Origin: an uncultured virus (IMG/VR IMGVR_UViG_3300030109_004543)
Taxonomy: Duplodnaviria; Heunggongvirae; Uroviricota; Caudoviricetes
Direction: 5' to 3' (one strand)
Virus record (IMG/VR): IMGVR_UViG_3300030109_004543
DNA: 64,000 bases
In this document: one piece after another, positions 37,254-47,732 of the stretch
Layout: each line of letters opens with the position of its first letter
Position numbering within the stretch: the stretch's first letter is position 1
Program-made: the position numbers and the translations under genes
The notes under the pieces: generated by a model
Seen by the model: only the letters and a program-made list of their open reading frames with translations
What the model was told of the DNA's origin: nothing
Database searches by the model: none

Positions 37254-38204
37254 ATGGATAATGATAAACTATTTGAACGATTACAGAAAGCAAATCCTAA
37301 AGTAGAATTAAAAATAGGAGACGATGATGTATTTAATTATGAAAGAATTTCTTTTGGAGTACCTAAACTAGATAAATTAGTCGGTGGAGGAATACCAAAG
37401 AAGAGATTTAGTATGTTATTAGGACAAACTAATGTTGGAAAGTCTTTTTTAGCTTCACAGTTAGTAGCCAATGTTCAAAAAGATGGGGGAACAGCAGTAT
37501 GGATTGATACTGAACAATCTTTTGATCCTATATGGAATGAGAAAAATGGGGTTGATACGAGTAAAATTATAGTTCTACAACCTGCAAATGGGGAAGAAGG
37601 ACTTAATTTAGCTAGTTCAGCTTTGCAGGAAGGAGTAGATATCGTAGTAATAGATAGTTTTGCTGGTTTGGTTCCTGCAGCAGTTCAAGATGAAGAGTTT
37701 GGATATAATCCAATGGCTTGGCAAGCAAGGTTTCTAAACTCAGCTTTACCTAAACTATTAACACATTTAAAACATGGGTCAGCTTTAGTAGCAATAAACC
37801 AATTGAGAAGTAATGTAGGAAGAGTAACCTATAATAATATGCCCGGTGGGATAGGACAGCAGTTCTATTCTCATTTACAATTAGAAGTCAGAAGATCAGC
37901 TTGGATAGAAGAAGGCAAAGATAAAATAGGATTTGAAATGGAGATAAGATTAAAGAAAACTAAGCAGGGTGGAGACGATTGGGATTCAATTGTCTTACCT
38001 TATAAAGTGGGTGGAGGAATTGATTTAATAGAAGTTACTATTAACGAAGCTTTAGAAAAAGGTCTAATAAAACAATCAGGGGCTTGGTACTCTTATAACG
38101 ATCAGAGAATTCAAGGTAAAAATAGAGTAAGGCAATACTTTGTAGATAATCCAAATATGTACGAACAATTAACTAAAGAAGTAAGTAGTGACATATTACC
38201 ATAA
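37254..38204 (+). CDS. recA: RecA/UvsX-family recombinase
   Basis: GGGIPK, GQTNVGKS, IDTEQSFDP, VVIDSFAGL, INQLR, GAWYSY. Confidence 0.92.
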   Translation: MDNDKLFERLQKANPKVELKIGDDDVFNYERISFGVPKLDKLVGGGIPKKRFSMLLGQTNVGKSFLASQLVANVQKDGGTAVWIDTEQSFDPIWNEKNGVDTSKIIVLQPANGEEGLNLASSALQEGVDIVVIDSFAGLVPAAVQDEEFGYNPMAWQARFLNSALPKLLTHLKHGSALVAINQLRSNVGRVTYNNMPGGIGQQFYSHLQLEVRRSAWIEEGKDKIGFEMEIRLKKTKQGGDDWDSIVLPYKVGGGIDLIEVTINEALEKGLIKQSGAWYSYNDQRIQGKNRVRQYFVDNPNMYEQLTKEVSSDILP

Positions 38205-38517
38205 AGATTATACTCCACAAGAGAAAACCTTTGCTAAATGTATACAAGAATTTGGACTTCGCTACGAGACTCAATACTCTTTTCCACCCTATACAGTTGA
38301 TTTTTATATACCTGAAGTTAGATTAGTAATCGAGGCAGATGGAATGTTTGGACATTTAAAGAAAGCAGATGCTAAAAGAGATGCTAATCTACTAGAAGAT
38401 TATAGTAATGATATACGAAAGGTGTTTCATATATCAGAAACGAGCAAAAAGAAAATAATACCTTTAATAGAACAAGTTTTAAATGAAATTGAGGAGGAAG
38501 ATAGTGGCAGGAATTAG
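38188..38517 (+). CDS. DUF559/Vsr-like endonuclease
   Basis: QYSFPPYTVDFY...IEADG..H....D.KRD..L. Confidence 0.8.
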   Translation: MTYYHKDYTPQEKTFAKCIQEFGLRYETQYSFPPYTVDFYIPEVRLVIEADGMFGHLKKADAKRDANLLEDYSNDIRKVFHISETSKKKIIPLIEQVLNEIEEEDSGRN

Positions 38518-39166
38518 ACAAATAGGAGCTACAAGAAGAAGGACATCTAATCAAGATAGATGGCTTTTAAAATCAATGGATAATTTATTATCCTCAGATA
38601 AGGTTTTTGGTAAAAAGGGAGTATTTTACCCTTCTATAATATCTAATCCATGTGATAGATATGTATTTTTATCTTATAATGGGTTATTACCAGCTCAATC
38701 AATAGCAGGAAATCTGCAGAGAATATTTGATAATGGGAATTATTTAGAATATAGAATAAATAAATACTTTGAAAAGTTAGGAATAGTAAAAAGAAGGGAA
38801 GTCCCACTCAAATTAGAAACTCCAAACATATCAGGAAGACTAGACTTTATTATAACCCATCCTGAATATCATGAAGTTATATTAGAATTAAAATCTATTA
38901 ATACTAGAAACTTTGATTTGTTAAAACTAGCCCCAAAAGAAGATCATATGATTCAAATACAAATATATTTAAATTTAGCAGCTTATGATCACGGAATTGT
39001 TTTATATGAGAATAAAAATGATCAAAGATTAAAGGCTTTTCAGGTTGAAAAAGATGTTAAAATGTGGGATAATATATTAGAAAGATTATTTAAAATAATG
39101 GGCATGACAAGAATACCTGAAAAATGTACAGGTGAATCTTACTGTCAATGTAAACTAGTAAAATGA
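38504..39166 (+). CDS. Cas4-like PD-(D/E)xK exonuclease
   Basis: PS...CDR, GRLDF, ELKS, QIQIY, C-terminal Cys cluster; GTG start after GAGGAGG. Confidence 0.8.
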   Translation: MAGIRQIGATRRRTSNQDRWLLKSMDNLLSSDKVFGKKGVFYPSIISNPCDRYVFLSYNGLLPAQSIAGNLQRIFDNGNYLEYRINKYFEKLGIVKRREVPLKLETPNISGRLDFIITHPEYHEVILELKSINTRNFDLLKLAPKEDHMIQIQIYLNLAAYDHGIVLYENKNDQRLKAFQVEKDVKMWDNILERLFKIMGMTRIPEKCTGESYCQCKLVK

Positions 39167-39176
39167 GGAGAAGTAA

Positions 39177-39692
39177 ATGTCACCTATAAGAACTTTAGGA
39201 AATATAAGCAAATACGTTTCAAGTTTACCTATCCCTAAGTTAGATTTTGAAGAGGTTTTTAGTGAAATAAAAGACGGAGATGAAAGACCTAAACTTAAAG
39301 TAGCTGATGTAATAGAGCTTAGTGATAAAGAACTAGAAAAAATTTTTTATTATTATGGAGCAGGGAAAGCCTTTTTAGAGGTGGAACTATCTGACATAGA
39401 ATCTAAAAAAGCTTTAATAGAAGATATATATAATGATTCTTTTGCTACTATATCATATAAAATAGTAGATAAAAGAGCAAAAGAAGGACTAACAAAACTT
39501 AATAAAGAAGGTTTAGAAGGGGCAGCCCTCTCTGAATCCGAAGAACTTAGAAAATATAAAGAACAAATGAGAGAAGCAATAGGAAGACAGATAGTAATAA
39601 AAGGTGAGTTAGACTCTTATACTTCCCTGTTTCTCACAATATCTAGGATTATTACACTAAGAACAAGCGATAAAAAGGAGTATAATAGATAA
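39177..39692 (+). CDS. Helical protein, possible UvsY-like recombination mediator
   Basis: Coiled-coil ending ISRIITLR, in the recombination cluster. Confidence 0.45.
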   Translation: MSPIRTLGNISKYVSSLPIPKLDFEEVFSEIKDGDERPKLKVADVIELSDKELEKIFYYYGAGKAFLEVELSDIESKKALIEDIYNDSFATISYKIVDKRAKEGLTKLNKEGLEGAALSESEELRKYKEQMREAIGRQIVIKGELDSYTSLFLTISRIITLRTSDKKEYNR

Positions 39693-39898
39693 TGGATGTT
39701 TCAGAATTTATACATGAATGGGATGATTACGCAGTAAATGATCTAATAAAAGACTTATCTAAAACTGTAAGTGGTATGAAATATGCTGCTTATAAAGAAG
39801 ATGCTGATTTAATGTTAGACATTCTTTCAGAAGCACAAATGTGTTTAGATGCGTTAGAGTCTGTAATGTTAGATAAACCTAATACCAATCAAGAATGA
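39692..39898 (+). CDS. Hypothetical protein
   Basis: 68 aa, coupled, AAGGAG RBS. Confidence 0.65.
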   Translation: MDVSEFIHEWDDYAVNDLIKDLSKTVSGMKYAAYKEDADLMLDILSEAQMCLDALESVMLDKPNTNQE

Positions 39899-40413
39899 AA
39901 AATTTTATAGGAATTGATTGTTCAAGTAAAGCTATACATTCTGTATGGTTAGGTAATGGTGGGTCTATACTAAAACAAGAAAAGTGGGAACATAAAGGAA
40001 AGGATTTTGAAGAAAGATTTCTTAATTTTATGTCAGACTTTGACGCTTATTTAAGTACAATAAACAAAGAGGCAGAAGCAGCTGTAGAAGCAGCTATCTT
40101 TATTCAAAATCCTAAATCTACTATAGCATTAGCTTCAGTAGTAGGATGTGTAAAATATCTTTGCTATAAGTATGGAATTAATTGTATTCCAATAGACAAT
40201 ACTAAATGGAAAAAAGATATTATAGGAAAAGGAAATGCCTCTAAAATAGAAATAAAAGCTTTCGCTGAGAAACATTGGGGAGAGACTTTTGAAGAACAGG
40301 ATTTTGCAGATGCAGCCTGTATAGCATTATGGATAAAAAGAAAATTCGAGTCGGAGAAAACTGATGAACAAGAAAAGCAAAAAGACGAAAAAAGAAGATT
40401 TACCAAAGGATAG
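39895..40413 (+). CDS. ruvC: RuvC-like Holliday junction resolvase
   Basis: IGIDCS, AVE, WKK.IIGKGNASK, DFADAACIA. Confidence 0.85.
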   Translation: MKNFIGIDCSSKAIHSVWLGNGGSILKQEKWEHKGKDFEERFLNFMSDFDAYLSTINKEAEAAVEAAIFIQNPKSTIALASVVGCVKYLCYKYGINCIPIDNTKWKKDIIGKGNASKIEIKAFAEKHWGETFEEQDFADAACIALWIKRKFESEKTDEQEKQKDEKRRFTKG

Positions 40414-40828
40414 TTTACCTGAAGGGGTTACACAAGAAGACTTATTTAAAGAATATGGAAAATTAGTTTGGTGTGATTTCAACGATTGTTTTTGGAATTC
40501 AAGACCTAAAGGATTAAAAAGAACTGTGGGAAGTGTTTTAAATAATAGATATTATAGACCTTTAGGAACTAAAGATGAATCTTGGGTTGGAATTTGTGGA
40601 AGACCTAACGAAATAGCAATTAGATTTCAAAGAAGAATGACAAAAGGAGGAGCTAAACAAGAGTCTCCAATCTGTTTCGTACCTGCTAAAAATGGTAAAA
40701 CAGGCCACATGGATTTCTCAAAACTATTACAATCTGATGGAACACCTTTTGGTGGAAGTTTGAATTCTCAAGCTGTACACCCTGAAGAACATTTAAATTA
40801 CGATATGTATGAAGATCAGAGGCCTTAA
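40364..40828 (+). CDS. Hypothetical protein with four Cys
   Basis: WCDFNDCFWN...GIC...PIC. Confidence 0.7.
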   Translation: MNKKSKKTKKEDLPKDSLPEGVTQEDLFKEYGKLVWCDFNDCFWNSRPKGLKRTVGSVLNNRYYRPLGTKDESWVGICGRPNEIAIRFQRRMTKGGAKQESPICFVPAKNGKTGHMDFSKLLQSDGTPFGGSLNSQAVHPEEHLNYDMYEDQRP

Positions 40829-40829
40829 T

Positions 40830-41327
40830 ATGCCAAAAGTATTACCTAAAAAAATGAAAGATCAGGCTCAAAAATTATATTTAGAGGGCAAAACAATTAG
40901 CGAAGTATACGAAGAACTAGTTAAAAAATACCCTGAAGAAAAAATTGCTAAATCTACAGTTTATTCTTGGCCTACAAGAAATGATTGGAAAACAGACTTT
41001 AAAGAAATTCAAATAAAAGCTAAAAAAGAAATACAAGAATCTGAAAGTCAAAGACTAGCTAGAACAAATCTAGAACACTTAGATGAATATACGACTCTTA
41101 GAAGTAAAGCCTTAGCAGAATTAGGTATATTAGAATTTAAAACTGCTGAAGGAGCTGCTAAAGCCCTAGATATGGGTATACAAGGAGAAAGAAAAGTAAT
41201 GGATGGTCTAATTAATTTGAATTTTGTTCAAGATATAATAAGTGTTCTCGTAGATGAAATTGAAGATAAAGAATTATTAAGAAAAATAAGCCTAAAAATA
41301 AAAGGTGTTTTACAAGAACATGAATAA
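40830..41327 (+). CDS. Terminase small subunit
   Basis: N-terminal HTH (AQKLYLEG...STVYSW...W), directly upstream of the large subunit. Confidence 0.7.
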   Translation: MPKVLPKKMKDQAQKLYLEGKTISEVYEELVKKYPEEKIAKSTVYSWPTRNDWKTDFKEIQIKAKKEIQESESQRLARTNLEHLDEYTTLRSKALAELGILEFKTAEGAAKALDMGIQGERKVMDGLINLNFVQDIISVLVDEIEDKELLRKISLKIKGVLQEHE

Positions 41328-42990
41328 AAAAGTAGACTTTAAACAATTAATTTCATATACAGATGCTTTTGAAAAATTAGCAGATGGATTAGTATCTTCT
41401 GATGGAAAAACATATATAGGAGATTTTCATTCTTTTTTAAGAGACGTTTGGTCTCAAAGTTTTGATCATCCTGAATATTTTAATGCTTGGCATATAGGGG
41501 TTTTAGCCGATGATATAGAAAGATGTTTAGATGAGGGGAAAAATTTAGTAGCTGTTCTTCCAAGATTTCATTTTAAGTCTACTATTCTAGGACATGCTTT
41601 TAGTGTATGGAGATTATTACAATCAAAAAGAGATATGTCAGTTCTTTATCTATCATTTAGTGATGGAATGGCTAGATATCATTTATCAGAAATAAATAAA
41701 ACAGTACAGAGAAATCCTATTTTAACTAGTATGATGGTAAACAGATCACCAAAAGCAGATTTTTCTTTTAGATATTATATAAATAAAAACCCTATGGAAA
41801 TTATGCATGGGGGATTGTTTTCCTTCAAAAGAGGGATGCACGTCAATGGAGCTTTGATAGCTGATGACGTATTAAGAGACCCTGAAAACCCTTTGAACAT
41901 GGGGCAGATAACAAAAGTAGAAGATCACTTTATGACAGAATCAATGTTTATACCATTAAAAGGAGTTCCTGTTATTGTATTAGGAACCCCTATGATGCCG
42001 GGAGATTTATTAAGCAAGCTGCAAAATGATGAAAGATTTATAGCTAGAACATTACCTGCTTTAGACCCAACTCCAAAAAGAAGAGTATTAATGCCTGAAT
42101 TATATGACGAAAAATGGTTATTAAATCAACAGAAAGCAAGACCTAAATCTTTTGCTTCAGAGTTTTTATTGCAACCACACTTCTCTACTGAATCTTATTT
42201 TGAAGAAGACCAAATTACTGCTTGTGAAGACGAAAAATTATTGAATTTATCGTATAATAAGATATATCAAAAATCTATAGATGAACAAATATTTGGGGGA
42301 TTTGATGTCGGTAAAAAAAGACATCCTTCTCACTTAGTTCTATTCAGTAGAATAGGAGACGAAGTAAAACAAATCCATTCCTCCTTTTTAGATGGGTGGA
42401 ATTATACAGACCAAGTAGATTATCTGAATGAAGTAGCTGAAAACTACCAATTAGATGGAGGATATGTAGATAATACTAGAGGAGAATTAGAAGACAGGGG
42501 TTTGCATAGACTTTGGAGATCAATGTCTTTTACAAGAAAGTCTAAAAATACAATGGCTCAAGTCTTTGAGAAGTTTATAGTATCAGGAAAACTAAAGTTA
42601 ATACAAGACGAGAGGCAGAAGCAACAAATAATCTCAGTTAACAATGAGTTAAAAGCCCCTGAAACCCCAATGGGTCATGGAGATGCTTTCTTCTCAATAG
42701 CTATGGCTTTACAGGCTATACACGAAACAGGAGAATTTAAATACGAAAATATAGGAAGTGTTTCAGATTGGTTAGATGCGATATCACCTGATGAATCGCC
42801 TAAACCGAAAGAACATCCTGTACTTAAAAAATTAAAGTTTGAAGGGGACACTAAAACAACAATCTCGATTGATGGAGTTCAGGAAAGAGATATGGAATCA
42901 TTAAACCCTAACTGTAGGGAACAGTTTTGTGTACCGGAATTTTGGGTTCTAGAAAATAAATTATGTTTATATTGCAATTACAGAGGATAA
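41320..42990 (+). CDS. terL: Terminase large subunit
   Basis: LPRFHFKST Walker A, LIADD, VLGTP, GGFDVG, HGDAFFSIAMA. Confidence 0.9.
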   Translation: MNKKVDFKQLISYTDAFEKLADGLVSSDGKTYIGDFHSFLRDVWSQSFDHPEYFNAWHIGVLADDIERCLDEGKNLVAVLPRFHFKSTILGHAFSVWRLLQSKRDMSVLYLSFSDGMARYHLSEINKTVQRNPILTSMMVNRSPKADFSFRYYINKNPMEIMHGGLFSFKRGMHVNGALIADDVLRDPENPLNMGQITKVEDHFMTESMFIPLKGVPVIVLGTPMMPGDLLSKLQNDERFIARTLPALDPTPKRRVLMPELYDEKWLLNQQKARPKSFASEFLLQPHFSTESYFEEDQITACEDEKLLNLSYNKIYQKSIDEQIFGGFDVGKKRHPSHLVLFSRIGDEVKQIHSSFLDGWNYTDQVDYLNEVAENYQLDGGYVDNTRGELEDRGLHRLWRSMSFTRKSKNTMAQVFEKFIVSGKLKLIQDERQKQQIISVNNELKAPETPMGHGDAFFSIAMALQAIHETGEFKYENIGSVSDWLDAISPDESPKPKEHPVLKKLKFEGDTKTTISIDGVQERDMESLNPNCREQFCVPEFWVLENKLCLYCNYRG

Positions 42991-42999
42991 GGAGTAGAA

Positions 43000-44874
43000 A
43001 TGGATAATATAACAACATCTCTTAATGAACAAACAGAAGAAATCGGAGAGTCTGAATCAGAACTGACCGAACAAGCCGAAGTAGTATTAAACCATAGGTA
43101 TTATTTAAAAGATACTGAGGGAGAAGTTACTGAAAATAGTTCAGAATTATTTAGAAGAGTAGCGAAAGCTGTATCTTCTATAGAAAAAAGTTATAAAATT
43201 TTACCTGTAGAATCAGAATTACTAGAAAAAGATTTCTATTCTATGATGTCAAAATTAGAATTTATCCCTAACTCACCTACATTAATGAATGCAGGAACAG
43301 AACAAGGTACATTATCAGCTTGTTTCGTACTTCCACTAGAAGACTCTATGGAAGACATAATGAAAACAGCTCATGATATAGCTATGGTTCAAAAATTTGG
43401 TGGTGGTACAGGATTTGCCTTATCACATTTAAGACCAAAAGGAGATAAAATAAAAACTACTCATGGGATTGCTTGTGGGCCTATAGCTGTTTTAAAAACT
43501 TTATCTCAAGTATCTTCTATGATTACTCAAGGTGGAAAAAGAGATGGAGCAAATATGGCAGTAATGGCTGTATCACATCCTGATATTGAAGAGTTTATTT
43601 CTTGTAAAGCTGTAGAAGGCGATATACATAATTTTAATATTTCAGTTGGTGTAGATACCAAGTTCATGGAAGCTGTAAAGAATAATACTAGTTATCCTCT
43701 TGTTAATCCAAACACTAAACAGATTACTAAATGGATAGATGCAAGAGAATTGTTTAGTACTATAGTAGATGGGGCTTGGAGAAACGGAGAACCCGGTATG
43801 ATTTTCTTGGACAAAGTAAACGAAGATAATGTTGTTATAGATACTCTCGGAGAAATGGTTGCAACTAATCCTTGTGGGGAACAACCACTTTTAGGAAATG
43901 AAAGTTGTAATTTAGGCTCAATAAACCTAGCTAAATTTTATAGGAATGTTAAAGGAAGTTGGGAAGATAAAATAGATTGGGATAATTTGAAAAAAGTTAC
44001 TACTCTATCTACACATTTCTTAGACAATGTAATTGATGCAAATAAATATGCTACTAAAGATATAGAAAATATGACGAAATCTACTCGAAAGATAGGGTTA
44101 GGTGTCATGGGATTTGCAGATTTACTAATCCAATTAAGAATTCCTTATAATACCGAACTAGCTAGAGAAGTCGGAGAATACATAATGAAATTTATTAGAG
44201 AAAACTCTGATTTTTATTCTAAACATTTAGCTAATCTTAGAGGAGTATATCCTGCAGGAGAAGGGAATGATGAATATAGGAATGCTTGTAGAATGACAGT
44301 AGCTCCAACAGGAACTATTTCTATGATTGCAGGTTGTTCTAGTGGAATAGAACCTTCTTTTGCGTTGGTGTGGAAGAAAGCTAATATACTAGAAGGTAAA
44401 ACTTTATACTATTCTAATAAGTATTTTGAAGAAGATGCGAAAAAATACGGATTTTATTCAGAAGATTTAATGGAATATTTATCTAATGGGGGTTCTTTAC
44501 AAGATAGAGATGAAGTTCCACAATGGATAAAGAGTGTATATATTACTTCCCCTGAAATTTCACCTGAAGCTCATGTATTAATGCAATCAGCTTTTCAAAA
44601 ATCTGTTGATTCAGGTATATCTAAAACAATTAATTTCCCAAATGAAGCTACTAGAGAAGATGTTCAAGAAGCTTACTTGTTAGCATGGGAAACAGGATGT
44701 AAAGGTATAACTGTTTATAGAGCAGGTAGCAGAGAAAAAGAAGTATTAGTAAAAGGAACTGATAAAAAAGAAGAAGAGGAAGTTTTTATGTGTTGTGATT
44801 CTCCTAATATAGTAGAAGAGTCAGGATGTGAAACTTGTAAGGTGTGTGGTTGGAGTCTTTGTCATGTTGCATAA
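43000..44874 (+). CDS. nrdJ: Class II (B12-dependent) ribonucleotide reductase
   Basis: PNSPTLMNAG, SACFV, TNPCGEQPL, SCNLGS, APTGTIS, C-terminal CETCKVCGWSLC; no beta-subunit gene. Confidence 0.9.
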   Translation: MDNITTSLNEQTEEIGESESELTEQAEVVLNHRYYLKDTEGEVTENSSELFRRVAKAVSSIEKSYKILPVESELLEKDFYSMMSKLEFIPNSPTLMNAGTEQGTLSACFVLPLEDSMEDIMKTAHDIAMVQKFGGGTGFALSHLRPKGDKIKTTHGIACGPIAVLKTLSQVSSMITQGGKRDGANMAVMAVSHPDIEEFISCKAVEGDIHNFNISVGVDTKFMEAVKNNTSYPLVNPNTKQITKWIDARELFSTIVDGAWRNGEPGMIFLDKVNEDNVVIDTLGEMVATNPCGEQPLLGNESCNLGSINLAKFYRNVKGSWEDKIDWDNLKKVTTLSTHFLDNVIDANKYATKDIENMTKSTRKIGLGVMGFADLLIQLRIPYNTELAREVGEYIMKFIRENSDFYSKHLANLRGVYPAGEGNDEYRNACRMTVAPTGTISMIAGCSSGIEPSFALVWKKANILEGKTLYYSNKYFEEDAKKYGFYSEDLMEYLSNGGSLQDRDEVPQWIKSVYITSPEISPEAHVLMQSAFQKSVDSGISKTINFPNEATREDVQEAYLLAWETGCKGITVYRAGSREKEVLVKGTDKKEEEEVFMCCDSPNIVEESGCETCKVCGWSLCHVA

Positions 44875-45301
44875 AGAAATATTTTTAGATATAATAAGTA
44901 AAGCAAAGAAAACAGCTAAAAAAAGAAATCCTGCTTTATGGTCTAGAATAAAATCTGCTGTAAAAGCAGGGAGTAAAGGTGGAAGAGCTGGTCAATGGTC
45001 TGCTCGTAAAGCCCAATTAGCAGTACAGAGATATAAAAAATCAGGTGGAGGATATAAAGGAAAGAAAACAGGTAAGACAGGATTAAGTAGATGGACTAAA
45101 CAGAAATGGGGAACTAAATCAGGTAAACCTAGTAGAAAGACAGGAGAAAGGTATTTACCTAAAAAAGCTAGACAAGCTTTATCTCCACAAGAATATGGAG
45201 CTAGTACAAGAGCTAAAAGGAAGGCTACTAAACAAGGGAAGCAATTCTCAGCCCAACCTAAAAAAATAGCTCGAAAAACAGCAAAGTACAGAAAAAAGTA
45301 A
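44864..45301 (+). CDS. Highly basic phage protein (DUF5872-like)
   Basis: GQWSARKAQL...YKKSGGGYKG...WTKQKWGTKSGK...ERYLPK; ATG 44864 after GGAG. Confidence 0.7.
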   Translation: MLHKEIFLDIISKAKKTAKKRNPALWSRIKSAVKAGSKGGRAGQWSARKAQLAVQRYKKSGGGYKGKKTGKTGLSRWTKQKWGTKSGKPSRKTGERYLPKKARQALSPQEYGASTRAKRKATKQGKQFSAQPKKIARKTAKYRKK

Positions 45302-45308
45302 AAAATTT

Positions 45309-45317
45309 AGTATAATA
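45309..45317 (+). promoter_or_regulatory. AGTATAATA putative late promoter motif
   Basis: 32-nt gap upstream of the portal operon. Confidence 0.7.
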
Positions 45318-45333
45318 TAAATAGGAGTATAGT

Positions 45334-45780
45334 ATGGCAGTAGGCAATATGCTTAGAGATAGAGACATTCAGTATGTGGCTATGAAAGATGAAACCACAC
45401 AAACGTGGAGAATTTTAGACACATGGCATGAAGAATTAAAGAATTTAGACCCGGATGATGACGTACCTGATGATAGTAAAGCAGTTAGTGTACTAACAGA
45501 AGGACAATTCTTGGCTATAGTAAAAGAAGCAGCTAGATTAGGAGTTTTACAGAATGTAAACCTTTCTAATGTCGAAGAAGTTGAAGAATTAGAAGATAAG
45601 ATTTTAGGTTTAGAAGAAGAAATATCAGATTTAAAAACTGATGCTACTAAACATGAAACAGAAAATAACATTTTAAAGCAAGAACCTACATCTGAAAGTT
45701 TTATGATAAAGAAATTAGCTATGAATAACATTATGAAACTTGCAGCTATAGATGATGTAAACAAACTTGCAGTAGATTAA
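45334..45780 (+). CDS. Hypothetical protein
   Basis: 148 aa, AGGAG RBS. Confidence 0.75.
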   Translation: MAVGNMLRDRDIQYVAMKDETTQTWRILDTWHEELKNLDPDDDVPDDSKAVSVLTEGQFLAIVKEAARLGVLQNVNLSNVEEVEELEDKILGLEEEISDLKTDATKHETENNILKQEPTSESFMIKKLAMNNIMKLAAIDDVNKLAVD

Positions 45781-45791
45781 AAGGTGAAAAT

Positions 45792-47732
45792 ATGGCAAAA
45801 TTAGGTGATTACCTTCCTGAAGTACCTCAAATAGTTAATCAAATGACTGAATTCAACGAGAATTTGAATTTATTACAGTTAATGAAATCAGATGGAGATA
45901 AAGCAACAGCCCCAACATTAGGTCTTGACCATGTAGTAAATACATGGGTCAGACACCAAATGGCTTATAGACAACAATTAGTAATGGATTTACAGACTAT
46001 TACTTATTCAGTTGCTGAAATAAGGTCTCCACTAGGACATATAACTAGTGAAGTATTTAGAAGAGGGGTAAAAATTCTTCCTAAAGTTGAAAATCCAAGC
46101 ATGGAAGAAAAAGAAAGACTAGAGAAATTAATTTTAGACTGTAATATTTTTGATCAGACTTTAGAAGAAGTGTTTAGACAGTTTCATTATGATGTAAATT
46201 CTATTGATGATGGATTTATTTATATAGTTAAAGAATATACATCTAGAGAAAACAACAGAATAACGTCTAGAGTTAAAGAAATAAGAAGATTAAATCCAGC
46301 TTTAGTAGAATTTGATTTAGATACTGCTGGATTACCAAAAAATTCACATTTTCTATGTCCAATACATAGAGAAGAAGTAAGCGAAAAACCCGGTATTTGT
46401 AAATCTTCAGGCTGTAGCCATAAATTATGGCCAGCTATGTATAAATATTATCATAGAAATCAACATGTATACTTATTTGATGGAGAAGTTATTCATGTTT
46501 CTAAGTTCTCTCCATCAGAAACATATGGTTGGTCGCCTATATTAACTATATTTGAAAAAGCTTTAACTCTTATAGGTATGGATAAAAATATTTATAGGTA
46601 TTTCTTCGAGAGAAAAATGCCAGCTTCTATGGTAATGGTAACAACAGACGATCCTGAGAGTCTAAGAAGGGAAAGAGCTCATATAGCAGCTCAAACTAGA
46701 ATAGACCCTAATTATATACCTATGGTAGCTGTATCTTCTAGAAACAATAGAGGTAGAGTTGATATGGTTAGACTGTTTCATACTCTACAAGAAATGGACT
46801 ACTTACCTGTTAGACAGGAAATAAGAGAAAGAGTAGCTGCAATGTGGGGTGTTACTCCTGCATGGCAAGGTACTCCTGATGCTTTCGGTGGTTTATCGAC
46901 ACAAACCCAACAATTAGTTGTTATGGGTCGTGTTGTAGAAGCAGATCAAAGATTATTCCATGAAAAAGTTATCCCCTTACTTATGAAAGCTTTATCTGTA
47001 GAAGATTGGGTTATTCAATTAGAACAACCTGAAGAAAAAGCTGAAGCAACTAGAATAAGTTTTGCTACACAAAGAGCTCAAATTGCCAATCAATATTTAC
47101 AGATGGGATTTGATGTAAAATTAAAACAGAGTGATGTTTCAATAGATGATGCTGAATTCTTAATAGCAGGTGAACCTGTTCCAACAGCTAAAATGCAAGG
47201 AGAACAAACAGCTATGGCCATTGAACAGCAAAAAGAACAAGCTGAACAAATGAAAGCTATGCAAGAAGGGGCAGGTGGAGAAGAAGGAGGAGGAGAAGAA
47301 ATGGAAAAATCTTTAAATATAGATGAAGGGGCTATAAGAACAGCTGTAGAAAAAGCTTTTACTCCTGATTTCCATGCTAAAGGCCCTGATAAAGAAAGAG
47401 ATATAGATGAATGGGCTAAGAAAAGAGAGAAAAAAGCTGAAGACAGAGCCTATGGTTTTAAAGATGTAGGAGGAAATCCTAAAAATTATCAAAAATCTTG
47501 GATAGAAGATTTATCAGATCAAGGATTTACATCTCCAATAATTAAATCTGTAACAGATGATGGGTCTCAAATGTGGTTCTCTCAAAATAATATTGATTAT
47601 GTAGCTTTATTATCTCCTTCAGGAGTAGTAAATGTAGAGAAAGCTTCTTTTACTCCTACAACTCCTTCAGTTTCATATAATCCAACAGGTTCAAATACTA
47701 GAAATAATAAAGAAGATGATGAGGAAGATTAA
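45792..47732 (+). CDS. Portal protein
   Basis: IRRLNP, EVIH...YGWSPI, YFF...P, EMDY....EIRERVAAMWGVTP; acidic C-terminal extension. Confidence 0.85.
   Translation: MAKLGDYLPEVPQIVNQMTEFNENLNLLQLMKSDGDKATAPTLGLDHVVNTWVRHQMAYRQQLVMDLQTITYSVAEIRSPLGHITSEVFRRGVKILPKVENPSMEEKERLEKLILDCNIFDQTLEEVFRQFHYDVNSIDDGFIYIVKEYTSRENNRITSRVKEIRRLNPALVEFDLDTAGLPKNSHFLCPIHREEVSEKPGICKSSGCSHKLWPAMYKYYHRNQHVYLFDGEVIHVSKFSPSETYGWSPILTIFEKALTLIGMDKNIYRYFFERKMPASMVMVTTDDPESLRRERAHIAAQTRIDPNYIPMVAVSSRNNRGRVDMVRLFHTLQEMDYLPVRQEIRERVAAMWGVTPAWQGTPDAFGGLSTQTQQLVVMGRVVEADQRLFHEKVIPLLMKALSVEDWVIQLEQPEEKAEATRISFATQRAQIANQYLQMGFDVKLKQSDVSIDDAEFLIAGEPVPTAKMQGEQTAMAIEQQKEQAEQMKAMQEGAGGEEGGGEEMEKSLNIDEGAIRTAVEKAFTPDFHAKGPDKERDIDEWAKKREKKAEDRAYGFKDVGGNPKNYQKSWIEDLSDQGFTSPIIKSVTDDGSQMWFSQNNIDYVALLSPSGVVNVEKASFTPTTPSVSYNPTGSNTRNNKEDDEED

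Noticed and set aside
38504..39166. Cas4-like gene as sign of a CRISPR-Cas system
   Set aside because: No repeat-spacer array or other cas genes; stand-alone Cas4-like nucleases are common in phage recombination modules
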